NCBI RefSeq assembly: GCF_009834535.1
Contig: NC_045701.1
Span: 32,736,001-32,800,000 of the forward strand
From: Camelus ferus
Lineage: Eukaryota
Length of the DNA: 64,000 bases
Direction of reading: 5' to 3'
A program made the position numbers and the translations under genes. This document shows, piece after piece, positions 60,332-64,000 of the stretch. The notes under the pieces are model-generated. The model did not search any database. It was given only the letters and a program-made list of their open reading frames with translations, and was not told where the DNA came from. How positions within the stretch are numbered: position 1 is the stretch's first letter; the number at the start of each line of letters is the position of its first letter.

Positions 60332-62059
60332 GTTGATTTCCCAGTTACACGTCTTTGGTGCTTATCCTTCTGCAAGGGCTGAGTCTAAAGGACTGTCCAT
60401 TAGAAAAGGACAGCCTTCTCTCCCCCAGAGTGGTCCTCTCTGGGCCTCGGGAACCTCTTAGCTTCTCTAAGCCACATCTGTCATCAACCCCTCGGCAATC
60501 GGCAGAGTAAAGAGCAGGTCAGCGGAAGGAGGGTGAATCCAGGAACCCAGGAGGTCAGGGGCCATACCAGGGACACTCAGTTTCCTGTTTCCAGGGCCTC
60601 TCTCCGGTGAGGGCAGGCTTCCCCTGTAACCAGCACTGGCCATAGCTTAGGAGGCTGGGATGCTCCCACAATGGCCCTCAGCCTCCCCTGGTCCCATGTC
60701 CTGCTCTGCTCCCGGCACTGAGCTCAGTCAGCCTTGCTCCCTGACTGACCGGCCCACACCAGCCCCTGTTTTCCATTTGAGGGCCCTGGCCACCAGCTCC
60801 TTTCCCTGCCTGCTCACCCTGCCTTGAGACAGCCTCCCTGCCTTCTCCCCAGCAGAGGTCCCATTGCCCGTGTGAGTTCTCCTCCACTGCTTGTCCCTGC
60901 CTTAGCTGAGCTGCCAGCCCACCTGGTGCTTATCAGAGAAGCCAGAACCCACCTCCCACCTGGGCAGGCCAGCTCAGGCCCTCGGTCCAGCCCAGCACGC
61001 CCCAGGGGCTTAGGCAGCACCAAGGCCTGTGGAGACTCCCAGCAGCCTCAGGCCTTCAGCCTGTCCTGGACTCAGACCCCTGCCTCCCCCTGCTGGCGGC
61101 CTGGGATATGGCAGCCTTGTGAGCCAAAGGGACCCAGGGCTGCTGGGCAGGAAAGCACCACTTCGCCGTCCATCAGTAGTCAAGGGTTGATCCCTCTCTT
61201 TGTGCCAGCACATAACAGGCTCTGTCCCTGTCATTGGGAAACTTACAGTGATGAGAAATTTCTTCTACGTTCCCCTGGACCCTCATCCAACTCTTCTCTC
61301 AAATGTGCCTCTGCGGGGGCTGTGAGCTCCGGGGAAGACTCAGCAGAAGGCCTTATGGGCTGTCTTGTGGGAAGCATAAGCTTTTATTTCCTTCATACAG
61401 TATTTTCTTAATTTAAAAAATTCTTATTGAAGTATAGTCAGTTACAGTGTTTCAATTTCTTTTCGTCTTATTTTTGAGGGTGCTGGATTTTGCTTTCATA
61501 CACATGTGATTCATTTGCTATTGTTTTTAGAGCCTTCTCTTCTTGATGTTCATCTCACTCAATTCAGTGTTTGTCCAGTTACTGTGAATTTGTTGTGTTC
61601 TGTCACATCCAACTCACTGGCGGTACTGTTTGATAGATACAGGACATCTGGGTCACAGCAAACTGTCTTCCCCTTGAAACGAGGCATCTCCTGGGTTTCT
61701 GGACTGAGGTTCATGCCCCTACATGTAATATAAATAAAGATAAGTCTGTCCCAGGGTGTGAGCCAGAACCAGCGGCAGAGTGGCCAAGGATATCCACCGC
61801 TACGGGCAAGGGTGTGTGGACTTGCGAGGCGGTGTCTGACGGGTCAGCCTGCCCCCTTACACCTGGCAGTAGGACTTGACATAGTGTGAGGTAGATTAAG
61901 AGGAAAACTATTACCATATAAAGACTGTAGCTTCATGAAGACCGGACTGCCCTGGGTGGCTCCTTGAAACGATTTCTGTGTGTGTTTACATTATTTCTCT
62001 CTTTCTTCTAGTGATTTTATTTCTAGGACTTTATCCTGCGTTAGGTCTAAAGTGTGTGT

Positions 62060-62520
62060 TTGTGGGGGGTGTATAAAAGGGTTACTCACAGAGATGTTCA
62101 TCACACCATTACTTAATAAAAGATCTCAAAATGGAATCAGTGTTGATGTCCAAAATAGGGAGCTAGTAAAATATTACACATTCACATTGTATATCATGCA
62201 GCCTTTACCGTCTACATTATCCCCACTCTAGAAACTAGGCTGAGAAAACAAAAGAACGAAATCTAGGCTAAGAACATTAGTAGGCAAGTTATTTTTAAAA
62301 ACCTAATAAATATTTGAGGAAAAGCAAAAGCTCGCCAATTAATCAATGCAAATTAAAAATATTAACCATTTTGCTTATCTGATTGAAAAGGATGACAAAA
62401 GTGATAATACTGAGATTCAGCAATTACACAGAGAAAGTGGCACTTTCACACCTGTACCTAAAGGTCCTAAAAAAAAACGGAAAAAGGAGTCTGATGTCGT
62501 CATCAACCACACAGAGAAAA
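62060..62520 (+). mobile_element. Old L1ME-like fragments
   Basis: L1 3' motifs (agatgttcatcacaccattac..., aatgcaaattaaaaat). Confidence 0.45.
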
Positions 62521-64000
62521 GTGGAGAAGGTAATGCCTAAACACCTTACACAAGTGACATCTTAGAAACAGTACTTAATCCAGCACTACATTGGGGATAA
62601 GCTTTTAAAATTTTTTATAGCTTGAACGCTATGGAAACTTTAAAGTCACAACACAGAATGACATTTGCCATATGGAAGAATGTTCTCTAGGTACGTTCAG
62701 GTCATAAGTAATGTATTTGACTACATGCCTGTTACTACACTTGAAAATTTAAATACTGGAATTAAGTGAATTTCCTCTACACTTGCATTTGATTCTGCCA
62801 AGCACTTGGGAAACAGTTCATAAGCACATGAACGGAAGTTCAAGCTTGGGGAGTTCATGAAAGTCCAGGTAATTCCATCTTTCATGAAATTACATGCAAG
62901 GATTAGCCGATTAACTCTTCGTTGTCAGTGTGAGCTTGTAGACCTACGAGTCCCCAGATCACCGCGCAGAGGGTCTGGTTAGAGCTGCTCGTGTGGGTCT
63001 TGGTCTGTCGTTTCCGTGCCGCTCACCTTACGTGCTCATCAAGAGAAGTTCAAATTTTGTGTGTTCAGTAAATTTCCTCAGAACAATAGTAGCTGTCTGA
63101 GTGAACTCCCATTGTTCCTTCAGTTGTGGCCTGGTAATCACTCTTGCTTTGGCAGTTCTTCAAAGCTTTGAAGAGTTTGAGACCTTTTCCTCGGGTTAGT
63201 TTTGGTTGTTTTTGGTAGGAAGATGGAGTGAAATCGCAGCCCCTGGCGATGCGCTGCTACCCATGTCTCAACTCCGATCACTGGGTGCCTATTTTCACTC
63301 CCCTTTCTTTGCACTCTATTCTTTATCCTTTTCTCTCTCTCTCTTCTTTTAAAGTTGTGTTAATGTTTTTAAAACAAAATAAAGTGCTGAAAAATTTAAG
63401 TAAGAATAAATTCAGATCTCCTAATGCTCAGGCACTTACACAGCTGTTACACTATTTCCCCTTTGCCCTGCTTTCTGCTTAGTACTTCTCAGATACAGAA
63501 ACACATTTCATGAGCTGTAACCATAATACAGCTAAGACACAATACATGTATTAGAGAAAGGACTAAGTTCTTTGCAGCTTTGAAGTAAGTGCTAAGCTGT
63601 GTGTGTTTACGGACAGGGAGAAAATCCTTAACTTTCATAAGATTTTCAAGAGGGCTTATCACAATTCATAAACAACTGAGAATTGCATTAGTTTCCTCTT
63701 CTGATATTTTTGCAACCATGTCCCTGTGGGACACAAAAGCCTTCACCCTGAGGAGGAAGCAGGAAAATTGGGGTCTTTCGCAGTGTCGTGATTTCCACTG
63801 AGTCTGTTGGGGCTCAAGTGACCTGGACGGTAACGGTCAGGGGCAGAGCCTCGTTCTTCCCTGCTCTTTCCCTGGCAGTGCCGTCCACCTGCTCAGGAGA
63901 GAGAGCTGCTCAATCTGCTTGACAAGTTCTAGAAAGAAGTGGAAGTAGCCATGGTCTGAGCAGGGGGCCAGGACAGATGAGAAGACAAGCAGGCTCCAGT

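Noticed and set aside
60824-61411. 195-aa ORF
   Set aside because: No recognisable domain, no splice context, non-ATG start.
63020-63070. Faint resemblance to U6 snRNA
   Set aside because: It does not align with the U6 sequence beyond a few bases.

Overview
Mammalian genomic DNA, probably a camelid (two tRNA-derived SINEs look like the camelid vic-1 family; inference). It is orthologous to the human chr14q12 block NYNRIN(+), CBLN3(-), KHNYN(+), SDR39U1(-), followed by the start of the chymase-locus serine protease cluster. The four non-protease genes have clean exon models with GT-AG junctions and consistent phases: NYNRIN 1890 aa (part of the first coding exon is in an N gap), CBLN3 205 aa, KHNYN 670 aa, SDR39U1 294 aa. 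The protease cluster (45-60 kb) is rearranged, and every locus I can read carries a lesion. (1) A chymase (CMA1) pseudogene whose exons 2-4 sit between two ~1.15 kb, near-identical inverted repeats; each repeat carries exon 5. (2) An orphan granzyme B-like exon 5 fused to the repeat end. (3) A duodenase-like gene with CTG in place of ATG and a GC donor. (4) A GZMH gene with a 1-nt deletion in exon 1 that a cryptic acceptor could rescue. Other observations: a possible fossil of the KHNYN-type C-terminal domain in the NYNRIN 3'UTR, a decayed copy of the KHNYN C-terminal coding sequence in its own 3'UTR, and a SINE carrying an apparent 3' transduction. Gene and repeat names come from my recall of known sequences, not from database searches.
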